Assembly (NCBI RefSeq): GCF_009914755.1
Contig: NC_060943.1
DNA: 64,000 nucleotides
Reading direction: 5' to 3' (one strand)
Source: the human T2T-CHM13v2.0 reference genome, Homo sapiens
Part shown: positions 1 to 13,465 of the stretch, in pieces
How positions within the stretch are numbered: position 1 is the stretch's first letter
Layout of the letters: each line of letters starts with the position of its first letter
Made by a program: the position numbers and the translations under genes
The notes under the pieces: generated by a model
Databases searched by the model: none
What the model saw: only the letters and a program-made list of their open reading frames with translations
Told to the model about the DNA's origin: nothing

Positions 1-119
1 CAACAGACACAAGAATGCCATTGTAAAAACACACAGCCACGCAGGACTGCTGTCCTGTCACCCACTTCCACAGTTAGCACACAGAGGAGAGTAGGCAAAG
101 AAGTTTTGCCCATCAGCAT

Positions 120-420
120 TGTGGCAGATGCTGTGTGCCCCACAGCGTCCCCTGACTCCCACCTCTAGAATTGAAAGTTGCTTTCTGCAAACACCCTAGA
201 CTCTGCCTGAAATTTTTTTCTGGCCAAACGAGGCAAGCTGAAAGCTGCCCCACAAGGCTGATCTTCATCATAGATACATGGGTAGTTGGTGGATAAATAC
301 CTTAGCTCCTTCACTCTTCAGTTGGGCTAACACAGGTACCTCCAAAAAAATTCCTTTTTTGTTTAAACTAATTCAAACTGGCTTTGTAGCCCTTGTAATT
401 TAAGAGTCCCAACTAATCTC
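120..420 (+). mobile_element. Old ERVL/MaLR LTR fragments (LTR16-like, then MLT1-like 3' end)
   Basis: Starts gtggcagatgctgtg, contains gtggataaatacc, and ends with a MaLR-type tail aattcctttttttgtttaaac...agagtcccaactaat; assignment by recall. Confidence 0.45.
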
Positions 421-779
421 AGTGAGCTTTTCCACAGCATCTTCTCCAGGAATTGATCAGGGACCAAGATGCCCAACACAGAGTCACTGGGCGCTCAGGG
501 CTCTGCTGGGACAGAAACCCCAGGTAGGCCCGTTGAGCACCATGACAGTCAATACGCCTTGGCTCAAGAGAACAATGCTGGCCTCCCTACTCCCACCATT
601 CAACCAGAGGCTCACACTTGATGGCAAGTCTCTGTGGCTTCTGGGGCTACGATGAGAAATGACTTCTGTCCTCCAGGAGCCTGCATGACCTGCCTCTGCC
701 TCTCTCCATGCTTGAGGCTGCCCCAGCCTCCCCACTCATAACTCTGCAGACTCACTGCCTTTCTTCCATTTCTTTCACC

Positions 780-1185
780 AGGCCAGGACTTTGCTCTCCT
801 GGGGGACTTTGCAGTTGCTCTTCCTTCTGCCTGGAACATAGTCCCTAAGATTTTTAAATTGCTGGCTCATTATGGTCATTCAGTACTCAGCAAAAATGTC
901 ACTTCCTCAGAAAGGTCTTCCTTGACTACCCTGTCTAAAGTGGGGCTGTCACTCCTGCCCCCACACTCTAACACATCACTCTGTTTTACCTTCCAATTAG
1001 CACTTGCTACTGTGAGTTCATCCTGCTTATATGTGTGCTTATATTATCGGCCTCTAACACAGCTCATGCTCCCGAAGAGCAGGGACTTGTCTCTTATTTA
1101 CTACTGTTGCCCCCAGCACCAAGAGAGCACATTATAGGTGCTACATCAATGTGTGTTGGGTAGATGAGTGAGTAAATGAGTGGAT
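780..1185 (+). mobile_element. LINE-2 (L2) 3' fragment
   Basis: Typical L2 motifs: ttccttctgcctggaa, aaatgtcacttcctcagaaagg, gagcagggacttgtct, taggtgct...tgagtgagtaaatga tail. Confidence 0.75.
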
Positions 1186-1251
1186 AGAAGGAAAGAGGGA
1201 GGAAGAAAGGAAGGAAAAAAGAAAGGAAGGGAGGGAGGGAGGAAGGGAGAA
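1186..1251 (+). repeat. Polypurine (GGAA/GGGA)n low-complexity tract
   Basis: About 65 nt of uninterrupted purines. Confidence 0.9.
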
Positions 1252-1407
1252 TAGAAATAAGATTGATTCCTCTCCAGAACTGCCCAGATCTTACAGCTTG
1301 GGGCTGGGTTGGTCACCACTTGAGCCAGAAATGTTTTCCCATAAAATACGTATCAATGAGAAATGTATTAAGCTGCAAAAGTCAACTACAATAGCTAAAA
1401 TATATGA

Positions 1408-1713
<306 letters not shown>

Positions 1714-1714
1714 T

Positions 1715-2060
1715 ATTTTTCTTACATAATAAGTGTCATGTTAGGCAGTTGCTAGCATCAGTTTAGCTGTTTAATGGTGTCATCAGAGACCCAAGCTCCT
1801 TTCCACTTCATTATCTTTAGTGTGGTGGCTCTCCCAGATGTGTCTTGCCTCATGGTCACAGGATGGCTGCTGCAGCTCAAACATCACATTTACACACAAG
1901 CAGAAAGAAGAGGAAGAGGTGATGACAGCTTTACCTATCTAATTCCTTTCAGGAAAGCAAAAGCTTTTGCTGAAACCTTCCACCAACCACATTATATCAC
2001 ATTAGAACCAGATCCCATGACATAGCTACAAGGAATTCTGGGAAACTGACTATATATCCC
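1715..2060. mobile_element. Old ERVL LTR fragment (LTR33-like); related fragment at ~3190-3310
   Basis: Motif catggtcacaggatggctgc occurs at ~1850 and, nearly identical, at ~3197. Confidence 0.45.
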
Positions 2061-3019
2061 TTTCAGCCCCGATAGCAGAGAAGCAGGTGAGAAACAGGGG
2101 GTTGGAAACAGGTGTTCTGTTGAACCAAATTCTAGTTTGTCACTGAGCATATCCCCAGCAGCCATGACAACTGAAAGAGGGAGGACAGGAAACATCCAGT
2201 ACTGACCAAGGAGGGTTAACAAGGCCACCAGAGAGAAATGTTTCTCACACCGATTCCAGCCACATCGACAACTTACAATGCAGTGAGAGTGTGCTGAACA
2301 CAATGATTTGGGAAAACACACCCCAGGAGTACTGAAACCAAGTTGTTCTTATTTCAGTAATCTGTGGGCTTCATAATTAAATGAGATGAAATAATAATGG
2401 TGGGAAAATGTGTCAGTTTTTTTTTTTTTTTTTTTTAGAAAGGCTAAATAACTCACTACATTTAGTTAGGAAGTTGTTACAAGCTGTTAATTATTTTCAG
2501 ACTAGGTAAAAGAAACAAACCTGGGAGATGTGTCTGGTGTGTTAACACATATTATTTACCCCGAGGTGACATTTTAATAGCAGGGAAAACACGGGCGGTC
2601 TCCCAGCCCTGTGCACATTTTGCCACAAGCCGCTGTGAGCGCATAAATCCTAGCTCTGTCAACAGTAATGAGGCCCAGAGAGCAGGCACCTGCTGGGGCC
2701 CTGAAATTTTTTCTGAGGAAAATGTACATAATTAAGGAATTGTGAGCACTCACCTCTGATTTATTATTAAAACAACACACCTAGGGCCACATTTGCTCCC
2801 TGACTCGTCGGTGCTAAACAGACAAGTGATTAAACATCAGCCTCACAGGGGGTCCCCCACACTCTCCCTGCAAGCTTTCCACATCCGGGCCCCTGTTCCC
2901 AGAGAAGGAAAAGAAGGTGCGTAGCAGCACGGCAGTGAGGGTGGGAAGTGCGTGCTGGGAGGCCTCTGCTGGCCCAGCTCTCAGAAGAGCAGGGCTCACG
3001 GTTAACAACACTGACTGAG

Positions 3020-3165
3020 ATGGGCCACACTGGATTCAGAGTCCATCTCTACCATCTAATTCCTGTGTGCTGTTCTACTTCCGAATCTCAGTTTCCTCAC
3101 TGGTAAAATAGAGTGGACAATGGCTCCTGCTTTATAAGGTTGCAGTAAGGATTAGATATAGCCCT
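3020..3165 (+). mobile_element. MIR SINE fragment (other MIR fragments at ~4380-4480, 6290-6450, 24590-24750, 56460-56560, 57730-57830, 59690-59790)
   Basis: MIR core ctcagtttcctcactggtaaaatag...aaggttgcagtaaggatta. Confidence 0.7.
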
Positions 3166-3803
3166 GGGCAGAGTTTCCAGCAAACAGTCATTGCTCCTGG
3201 TCACAGGATGGCTGCCAAAACAGCTAACATATCCACATTCAAGGCAGGAAGGGCGAGAAGTGGGTGACACTAGCCGTATCTGTGCTATTAAATCTACCCA
3301 ACCCCTTGCCAACAGCAGTAGGAACTGCTATGAGCTTTTCTGTGCTCCCTAAGGCCTAGGCAGTTTCTTCATGGTTTCTTCTATATCCTCCACCTATGAA
3401 GATTCTGTTCCTAAACCCACTTTCTCCTGCAGGAAGCCATCCCTGACCAAATGGGAGCTCGGTACTATGTCAACCTCAGTGAGAGCTACCACAGTGTATC
3501 TTCAAATCACAGTCTCTGTGGACACATAGTGGGAGGAGATGGCAAGCACCCACCAGGGGGGCCTTTCCCCAGTACTTTGTTATGATGCCTAATAGATGCC
3601 ATGAAAAGACACCAGAGCGCCAGTGTAAAAGCAAGCCCACGTGCCAGGTGGAGGAGGTCATCATGGACTGCTCTATCGCCAGAGCCAGCTCCCCACGAAG
3701 GAAGGAGGGTGCCCCACCCTGCCCGACACTGAAGCCAGGCTGCTCCTCACAGTGTGTGGCTGGCAAGTGGGAGCTGGGGAGATTGGCAATGCATCAGAAA
3801 GAG

Positions 3804-3893
3804 TCTAGACGAGGGCACTGCTTCTGACAGAAATCGCTCCCAGGATGCTCTAGACAAGGGCACTGCTTCTGATGGGAATGGTTCCCTGGATGT
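3804..3893. repeat. Two-copy 45-bp tandem duplication
   Basis: tctagac(g/a)agggcactgcttctga... at 3804 and 3849; 8 mismatches in 45 bp. Confidence 0.85.
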
Positions 3894-6800
3894 TCACCTG
3901 GGTAAGGGCTCACAAAGGCTTCTCCATCTCTACCTGGGGCTCAGGGTTGGTGTGAGACAGAGAAAAACGCATGAGGCCTGATCCTCAGGGTATTGCTCCG
4001 TGGTAGCTGCGTGGCTCATCTCACACTGGGTAGCCCAGGAGGTGAGTGCTCTCTGAGCTGGCAGGACACAAAGGTGGCCCTTCAAAGGCTGGGAAGTGAG
4101 GGAGGGCTGCTAGGGACAGGAGGGACTGGAGGGACAGTGATTCCAAAAGGCAGGAGGAGGGCTAGGGAACGGAGGTAAACATGGGCAGGCTGGGTCCATA
4201 ACACTGGATTTCCTCAACTCTAAGACATCAATTTGGGGATGATCTTTCAAAACTCATGCAAACTCTCCCTTAAATGACACAAGGGTAAAGTGCATCTTAA
4301 TTCCAGAATCTCCTGATGTGGGGGTGGAGTCGAGAGTGGCCACACCTGCATCAGGCACTTCTTGTCCCCATCTCTGGTGCACGTGTGCCCTCATCTCATC
4401 TTCACAGCCACCCTATGAGGGACACCATTGCCAGTTCTATTTTACACGAGGAAGCTGGAAATTGGGGCTTGGTGATTTGGTCAAGGCCTTCTGTAGCCCT
4501 CGCTAGCTGGAGTTCCTGCAAGGCTCATGGGAGGCAGGGGCTGTGGATGGGGCAGGTCCAGTTGAGGGAAGAAGAAAGGTAGTTGCCCAGGCCCTGGCCA
4601 TCATCATCACCCACCTGTCTCCTCCTCCACTCAGCAATCAGGGCAACCTGCCTTCCCTTTGCACTTGAAGTGAAATCCAAGCACCTTGCACAACTGAAAA
4701 GTTCTTATCCCACACGGCCTGGGCCGCTCCCCACCATGTCCTTTCTCTCTTGAAAAGAAAGGACTCAGCCTCTAGTCATTCAGCCCATGGCCTGCTGACC
4801 TTCCAATTACAGTAACATTAGTCTCCTCTATTTCCTTCTTAGCTCTCTGAAATTGCCTGTTTCATTTTTGTTTGCTTGTTGGCTCCCTCTGGCCACACAC
4901 ACACTGGAATGTGAGCCCCACCACAGCAGGGGCTTTTGTCTTTTTCTCACTGTTGTACACCTTGTGTTCTCCAAATGCAAAAGTCCACCCCACCCCCAGG
5001 GGGTAGCATGCCTTAACTTTGAAAACGTCACCCAAACCAGGGGGCCCAGTGGGACCTAAGTCAGAAGCAAACAGAGCTGAGCAGTGTCCCAGAGGCTCGT
5101 CCTGGCCTGTGCAGATGACCCATCTCTAAGCCCTTCTTCCCTGAGAATGAGACGCTTCCTAAGTGCTCCTTTCCTCCCTCTGCTCTGCAACTTCAGACCC
5201 AGTTCTTCTCTGTCTTGTCCTGTTAGGAGTGGAGCTCAGGTGCCTCTCCATGTCCATTTGTCTTACCACATCAGAGGCAGCCTCTTCATCAGCGATGGCA
5301 TCCCAAGGCCGCTCAGCATTCCCAGAGTGATAGGAACTACTAGAAAAGTAGTTCCAGAACCTTCTTTCAGTGGAAAGCCATTGGAAGCTTGTGACCCTTT
5401 CAGGACATCAGTTAACATGTGCTTAGAGAGGCCTGGCCTGGCTCACCTTGGGGTTTATGAGAGAAGATGTAGTCCTGCCTTTGGAGAAGTCGGTCTCCTT
5501 AGAAAACCAAGACTGGTGCTTGCACAGCTACTAAAGATGCATTCAGAATTATGTTGCCTTTAAGGCTAAATTGTGAAATAAAAACAGCAGGTGGCTGAAG
5601 AGTTCACAAGCCACGGCGGGCTGGAATTGCCAGGAAGGGCTTCTCGGAGGAGGTGGGAGAGCACACAGCCTCAGCCCTCACAGACTTACAAGGATGAATT
5701 CTCTGGGAGAGGAAGGTGCTTCTGAGAGCATAATTGAAGTCTTGATGATGTTGAGGTTTTTCCAACTCGCCCATAGGTTTTTTGTTGTTGTTGTTTTATT
5801 TTCTAATACATTTTACAACTGCTACACATGTCGAAGTCAGAGATGAAAACTTACATTTCCCAATTAATGCCACTAAAACGTCATTCTGACAGTTCCATCA
5901 GGCATCTACAGTTTCAAGCCCCTCCCAGCTTCGGGGAGCTGGGAGAGAAGGGCAGGAGCATAGCCCACTCCCATGCCTTAACTGGCCCCAAGGATGGGTG
6001 GGGTTTGCAAACCATAATCAGAAGTGGAGAGACAGGAGTGCTTCCCGGGAGAAGGAACTCAATGGGTAAGGAAGGTTCCACAGATGGAAATGCATAAGGA
6101 ATTCACGGGAATCTTACTGAACATACATGGAAGCAGCAATTCCTATTCACCAAGAGCCCCGTTGCAGGTGCTGGGGGAGAAGCCCCCACTGCTGCAGCTG
6201 TGTCACCGCACAGCGTTTTTCTCTAATTCCTCTGCAAATGCAGAGGCTCCGTCCTAAGATTACTACTCACTGTGATTACAGACAAAAACTCTAATGTGCA
6301 TTCGACACTTGAAACCCTTTATTTCATCAGATCTTCAAAACAGCCCCATAAGGAGCAGAATCTATAAGCTGAAGAGACTGAGGCTCAGAGAAATTGGGTG
6401 GTTTGCCCTGGGTCACACAGCCAGCAAAAGCACTGGACTCTGCCTGGCATTCTTCTCTTCCAGCCCCCTCACTACGCTCCCCGCAGAGGCCTCATCCCGC
6501 TATTCTACCTGCAGTCCTCACCAGTGTACACACTGAATCCAAGTATCAGACTGAGGAAGTAATCTTTTTTTATGCAGTGTTTCCCCATTACAAAGTGATA
6601 TTGCCTTGTCTTTTCATATTCCATTTTCCCTCAAAGCTCTATCATTAAGGAATATGTTCTGACTTATCCAGTAAAGTGTTTAACCTTTTTTAATGTTTTA
6701 TTGATTCTTAAAGCTTCGGTTCCCCCAGAAGATCCTGATTGCTACATTAACAATGTCATTGATATTCTTTTAACAGGCCCTCTGCAACATAAAATGCAGC

Positions 6801-7121
6801 ATGGGAAAGATGAGCCCCAACGACCTGTTAATCAATGAGCTAGTCTTGCATCCACCTGCTGCACGTAGCAGGAGAATGGGTGGTGAGAAGATCGACTCTC
6901 AGGTTCCGGCAGGGGCTGTGACATCCAAGGCCAGACAGCTGGGCTGCCCGAGTGTGGAGCAAATGCCCCCTTTGGAGGCAGTTGGTGGAAGAGGAAAGCA
7001 TTTTTCTCCAGGCTGCTCCCTCCAACCCCTTACAACCAACCTGGTTTTCACAAAGCCAAATTCAGCTTCAAGGGCAGCCATGCATTACCCTTTCAGCAGA
7101 GTTGAGATATAAAGTCCCAAT

Positions 7122-7393
7122 ACTTTTTTTTCCTGAGACAGGGTCTCACTTGTCACCCAGGCTGTAGTGCAGTGGCACAATCACAGCCCTCTGAGGTGCA
7201 AGCGATCCTCCCACCTCAGCCTCCTGAGCATCTGGAGCTATAGGTGTGCGCCACCATGCCTGGCTTTTTTATTTTTTGTAGAGACAGGGTTTCACCATGT
7301 TGCCCAGACCAGTCTCAATCTCCTGGCTCAAGTGATCCTCCTGATTTAGCCTCCCAAAGTGCTGGGACTACAGACATGAGCCACCACACCCAG
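7122..7393 (-). mobile_element. Alu (AluJ-like, small internal deletion)
   Basis: Reverse-complement dimeric Alu with J-type gagacagggtctcac / ctcaagtgatcctcc. Confidence 0.9.
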
Positions 7394-7514
7394 TCAAGTC
7401 CAAAATCTTTAGCAAGGCATGCAGGCCCTCATGTCCTGGCTTCCACTCCACCTGGCAGCCTCATCTTTCTTCACTCACCCTTCTCTGACATCTATGCTGC
7501 AACCACACCCACCT

Positions 7515-7743
7515 ACCAGGATTAGGGTAAGGCAAGGGAAGCACTCGCCTCAGGGGCAAAATTAAAAGGGGCAACAAAAAACTCAGTGATCAAGACAAAT
7601 GTTATTTTAATGCAATATTTTTTAAAAAATCAAAATCAGTGCAAAAGATCCATGGTTAACAGATACCAGAAGTTAAAATAAAGACATGATCTGCCCTGCA
7701 CTCACATGTTCCAGCCTCACCTGCCACAGTCGAATCCTGGCCC
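7515..7743 (+). mobile_element. MER53-like hAT MITE
   Basis: Terminal inverted repeats ccaggattagggt...aatcctgg around an AT-rich core (aaactcagtgatcaagacaaat...taaataaagac). Confidence 0.7.
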
Positions 7744-7749
7744 CACCTA

Positions 7750-8070
7750 CTCCTTCTGGTTTACCAAACTGTACTCTTTCTCACCTCCTGTGCCACTTTC
7801 CCTACCTAGAAGACTCCCCTGTAAATCATCCTTCAGGCATGAGCTGTGATGTCACCCTTTTCAGGCAAGTCTTCCTTGACATTCACAATAACTACCCACA
7901 CACGCACATGCACACACCTGGGACTCAAGCCCCTACTCTGTGCTCCTGTAACACCCTCCTAGTATTCACTATATGCGATCACAATTGCCTGGCTGTCTCC
8001 CTGACCCATCTGTAAGCTCCATGAAAGTGGAGGCTGAACCTCTACTGTTGCTGTCACCACTGTTTCCAGA
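7750..8070 (+). mobile_element. L2 fragment
   Basis: ttccctacctagaa, gtcttccttgac, ctgtaagctccatgaa motifs. Confidence 0.55.
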
Positions 8071-8969
8071 GCTGGTGGCAATGGTTGGGATTATGGCTGC
8101 AGCGACAGCTCCTCTGAAGGCTGCCTGCACCAAGTCAGGCTGGGCCCACACGGAGACAGATCCCTGGGAAGTCTTGATGGGCTGGGGACCTCATGCAGGC
8201 TGCTGGCTCCCCCACCTGAAACCGCATCTACAGATGCTGTGAGATTAGGGTTGATGGACCTGAAACACTGAAGGAGACACTGACAGACATCCAGGAAACA
8301 CAGAAGTTTGGGTCCCGACGTGAGAGAGACAGCAGCCCAAAGGACCAGGTGTCATTTTCAGGGACAGGTCAGGGACGGCTATTTTTTTTTTGCCAGCCTT
8401 TCTCTGGGTGGTCTGTGCCTGTCCATTTATTCTTGCTGGGATATTTTCTGTCTCGCAGTGGTAGTGGTGAGGCAGTCGTGACAAGGAGCCTGGCTGGGTG
8501 GGGGGAGACAGAGTCAGATGCAGGTAGACCAGCAGGCCTTGTGCATTCCCCGCTTCCCCAGCCCACCTCCCTCCCACTCCTCAGGTTTGGGTGATTACAG
8601 CCAAGGATGACAGCTCTTGAAACGGAGAGGGACTAGGACAAAAGTGCCGAGACTTTAATAAGATAAGGTGGGAAGTCAAAGGGAGAATGGGGCTGATAAG
8701 CCTGGGCCATCTCTACCACAAAGCACCACCCCTTCTCCTCCTAAATCGCCTGCCCCTAGTCCTCCTACCAACCCCTTGCTAAATTTACCAGAAGAGACAT
8801 GAGCTAGGGCTTGGGCTTTAGCCCAATATATACTCCATGGTATTCACTTAGCAGCCAAGGTGGCTGATTACCCCAGGGAAATATGAACTCTGGGAGGAAA
8901 GATAACGAGACACCGAAGGATGTTCCTCCATAAAAGAAAGAGTATGACACCCAACAACCTGCACTCCAC

Positions 8970-9812
<843 letters not shown>

Positions 9813-9994
9813 TTCAGAATAATTTATGACAAGCATAATAAATAAACACAAAAACATGAAAGGCTACTGACTAAGCCATTATAAACAAGATCTAATTAGA
9901 AATTTGGAGAATGGAAATGAGAATGATGGAAATATAGAGCTCAATAGACGGGCTGATGGTAGAGTAGAGGGGCAGTGAGTCAGAAGGCCATGTG

Positions 9995-10290
9995 TTTCTT
10001 CAAAATAAGACCCATTGATCAGCATCCCCTGGGAACTCACCCCAGACCGCCTGAGTTAGATTGTGCCTTTAACACTACTCCCGGGTGAAGTGTATGCACA
10101 GTAAAGTCTGAGAAGCAGTGATATGGTTCTCAGCCTTGACTGCATACTGGAGGGATCTGGGAGCTTTAAAAAGTACTTACACTTTGGTCCTTACTGTCAG
10201 AGAGCTTCTGAGTAAGTAGCTTGGGGTATGAAACTGTAAACGTTCCCCTGGTCATTTTAACGTGCAGCCAAGTTTGAGAACCACTGACTT
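9995..10290. mobile_element. Two adjacent MER5-like hAT DNA transposon fragments
   Basis: Termini aaagtctgagaagcagtg and gcagccaagtttgagaaccactg. Confidence 0.65.
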
Positions 10291-10535
10291 AGACTCTTAG
10301 AAAAGGGATAGGGATGCAAAATGTAAAAATTACAGGATGTGGGGCACAGAATTAGAAGAATCAACATATATAGGACAGAAGTCCTACCTGGAGAGACAAA
10401 AGAAAAAGGAGAAGAGGGAATACTTTCTGCAAAAAAAAAAAATGACTGAAAATTTCCAAGAATAAAGGAAATGTTCAAGACCGTATGATGATATATTGAA
10501 AGAACTCATAGAGTGCCAATAAGGAAAGATTTTTA

Positions 10536-10694
<159 letters not shown>

Positions 10695-11059
10695 TCAGAG
10701 TGAAGAGGTAGATACCAAGACAGGAAAAAGAACTAAATGACAGATGTCTCAACAGCCACACCCAAATGTCATTTTGGTCTTTTCATATATTTAAAGTAGT
10801 GAAGAGAAAAAAAAATTAACTCAGCATTTCTTATCCAGTTAAACTATCATTTAAAAATGAGGGTGGAATATCCACAGTGGTACAAGGCCTCAGAGGGTTT
10901 GCCATAAAAGACCACCTCCGAACCACCTGTGTCAGTCCGGGTCCATGGGTGAAACAGAGCTGGAAGCTCAAGTGCTGCAGTGGGGAAATGGAGGAGAAAG
11001 ATCAGGCAGGGGCGGCAGGGGAGCAGCTCACAGACTGTTCCTTCGGCCCAGGCTCCAAT

Positions 11060-11240
11060 ATGGCTCAGCACAGTGCTGTTGCTGATGCCGGCTTTATTTA
11101 AATATGTGAGATTTGATTCATTATGGATTTTGCATTAATTTTGATTTTTCAATATTATTTGTCTTTGATTGCTCAGTTTTTTGATACCCCCTTAAATTTT
11201 GCTCCTGAGGCAAATGCCCCACCCACCTGACCCTCTAGGC
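11060..11240 (-). mobile_element. Second MER53-like MITE, opposite orientation
   Basis: Reverse-complement similarity to 7515-7743 (ctttatttaaa...ttaattttgattttt...ccccttaaattttgc). Confidence 0.6.
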
Positions 11241-12386
11241 CTCTACGATAGGGATATTTGCAAAAAAACCACCTCAGTTAATCAATGCTCCAACCCAGGC
11301 ACCATCCAGGTTCATGGTTCTTCTCTGGTTGTGAAAATTAAAAACCGGGCCACCACCCACTTCTCAGCCTTATCCCCAGCCAGCCAGCAGAGCATTGTAG
11401 AATGTGAGCTTGCATTGTGAACACTCTGAAAATGTAGGCCAGAGAACCTTCTGGCTGGAGATGGCTCCTGCTGCGAGAAGGGAATATGACAGATAGCATA
11501 AGATATTACAGTAATTTTACTGACAAAGCACTAAGCATATCACAAAAGAAGTTCAAAATCAATTCATCTGCTTCCAAGCAGAAGCGAGTCTAACAGGCAG
11601 TGAAGCATCATCTTGATAATGTAGTTGTTCCAAAAGAAGAAGGAATTAACCAGGCTACCCTAAATGTGTCTGTATGACATGCTTTTTTGTTTCTGTTACC
11701 CTGATAAGGACTTAAAATTCCATTTGTATGGAAATAAACTAAGCTTCCGAAGTTATCTTCCTGTTCCGGGGAGTTATCTCAGGAGGTTTGCTGCAGAATT
11801 TTTCTCTGACTAAATGGGATCTTAGGCTCAGAGGCTGCAAGGTTTCAGCTTTTGTTGTTAAATAGTAAAGCACACTCTACTTCCAGCCACTACAACTGTG
11901 CTTCTTTAAGGGCGGTATCCATTAAGGTTGTTTGATTACAAACAAAGAAAACTGGCTCTAAGCAACTTGCTATCCTTCCAACAAGCTCTTTTTCTACTTA
12001 ATATTAACTAAAGAATCAGCTGAGCAGGTTAAAATTAGAATGGGAACCGTGCAGCGCATTGGGTGGTAGAAAATAGTTGACAACTCTCTCAGAGTTTATT
12101 CATTCCAACAATAGAACCCGCTGCAACCATTCTTTTCTGCATTCTCTACAATTTTTTCATTTTTTTTTTAGTATGATGTTTTGCTATCTAGCATTCTCCC
12201 CTCAAGACTGAAAGTCCCAAGAAAATGAGTCCAATTGTCCATGCTTGAGTCATATGCCCATGCTAGGGTGACAATCTCACCAAGATGTTCCTTAGTGAGT
12301 GAGGAAAGTTTGCCAAAGAGACATGGCAGTGCTGTTCCAAGAAAAGAAAGAGCTGGGTGCTGGGTGGGCAAGGACCACAGAGGAAC

Positions 12387-12789
12387 TAAGAAGAGAGGCT
12401 ATTTCTCCTACTGTCCCATCTCCAAAGAAAAGGAGGAAGTAAAAACCGAAAAATAACAGACTGATTGGCGCCAGTGGCCAGGCCTGTAGGTTAAAGATTA
12501 AACCCCACCCAAACCGCTTGTGCTATCTATAGATCACAGACAACGGTATGAAGAAATACTTGCATTGCTCACCACCCCCACCTAGTCACGTACCCCATGC
12601 TTGCTGGATCTATCATGACCCTTTCACGTGGACCCCTTAGAGTCGTAAGCCCTTAAAAGGGCCAGGAACTCTTTCTTCGGGGAGCTTGGTTCTTGAGATG
12701 CAAGTCTGTCGATGCTCCCAGCAGAATAAAGCCTCTTCCTTCTTTAACCTGGTGTCTGAAGGGTTTTGTCTGTGGCTTGTCCTGCTACA
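12387..12789 (+). promoter_or_regulatory. 5' LTR (403 bp): TATA-like CTTAAAA ~12651, AATAAA 12725-12730, ends CA
   Basis: Direct repeat of 20766-21221 with about 32 substitutions by manual alignment. Confidence 0.93.
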
Positions 12790-12794
12790 TTTCT

Positions 12795-12812
12795 TGGTTT
12801 CCTGACCGGGAA
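12795..12812 (+). other. Primer-binding site complementary to the tRNA-Glu 3' end
   Basis: TGGTTTCCTGACCGGGAA versus expected TGGTTCCCTGACCGGGAA (1 mismatch), 5 nt after the LTR. Confidence 0.9.
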
Positions 12813-13465
12813 GTGAGGTGATTAAGGGACAGTGGAGGCAGCCCCTTAGGCGGCTTAGCCTTGCCCTGCGGAGCATCCCTGTGGGGTACTCCGGCCAGCT
12901 TGAGCAATGTGGATCCTGAGAGTGCTCCTGGGTAGGCATTTGCCCCAGTGGAATGCCTCATCAGAGTGGTGCATGGCAGGCCCCCACGGAGGATCAACAC
13001 AGGGGCTGAACACTGGGAAGGAACTGGCACGTGGAGTCCGGACATCTGGAATATGGTAGGACCGGTCCCAGGAACTTACCCACCCCATTTGAGTGGAAGC
13101 ATGGCCTGATCACCCATGGTGTGCCCTTATTGGCACTTTGGTCTCAGTTTTGATTTTGATTTGGCTCGGCTTGTTTGAAAAAAAGGAAAGTGAAAGTGAG
13201 TGAATGCTTGTTTGGGATGGGCAACAGATAGACAGTGGTTGCCGTCCGAAGTGAGTGTTGAGCCCTGAGCTGCAGTTCCGTAGGATACCTCGTACAGCTA
13301 AGTGGCGGTTCGTGCTGGTGCCTGGTACCAGCCTGCCTAAGAGGATCTGAGATTCCCGCAAGGGAAGTGGCCAGTGTCAGGCGAGGCAAGTGAGTGACCC
13401 CTTTACCCTTTCCCTTCTTGTGTTGTGAGCATTGTTTTTGTCTGGCGGGGGTGAGGGTGGTGGAG

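Noticed and set aside
6229-6246. Palindrome CCTCTGCA-aa-TGCAGAGG
   Set aside because: 8-bp arms are expected by chance in 64 kb
13394-13465. Glyco-Gag-like hydrophobic N-terminal extension upstream of the gag ATG
   Set aside because: Only 24 codons from a GTG, with an in-frame TGA immediately upstream (13391-13393); no support for its use
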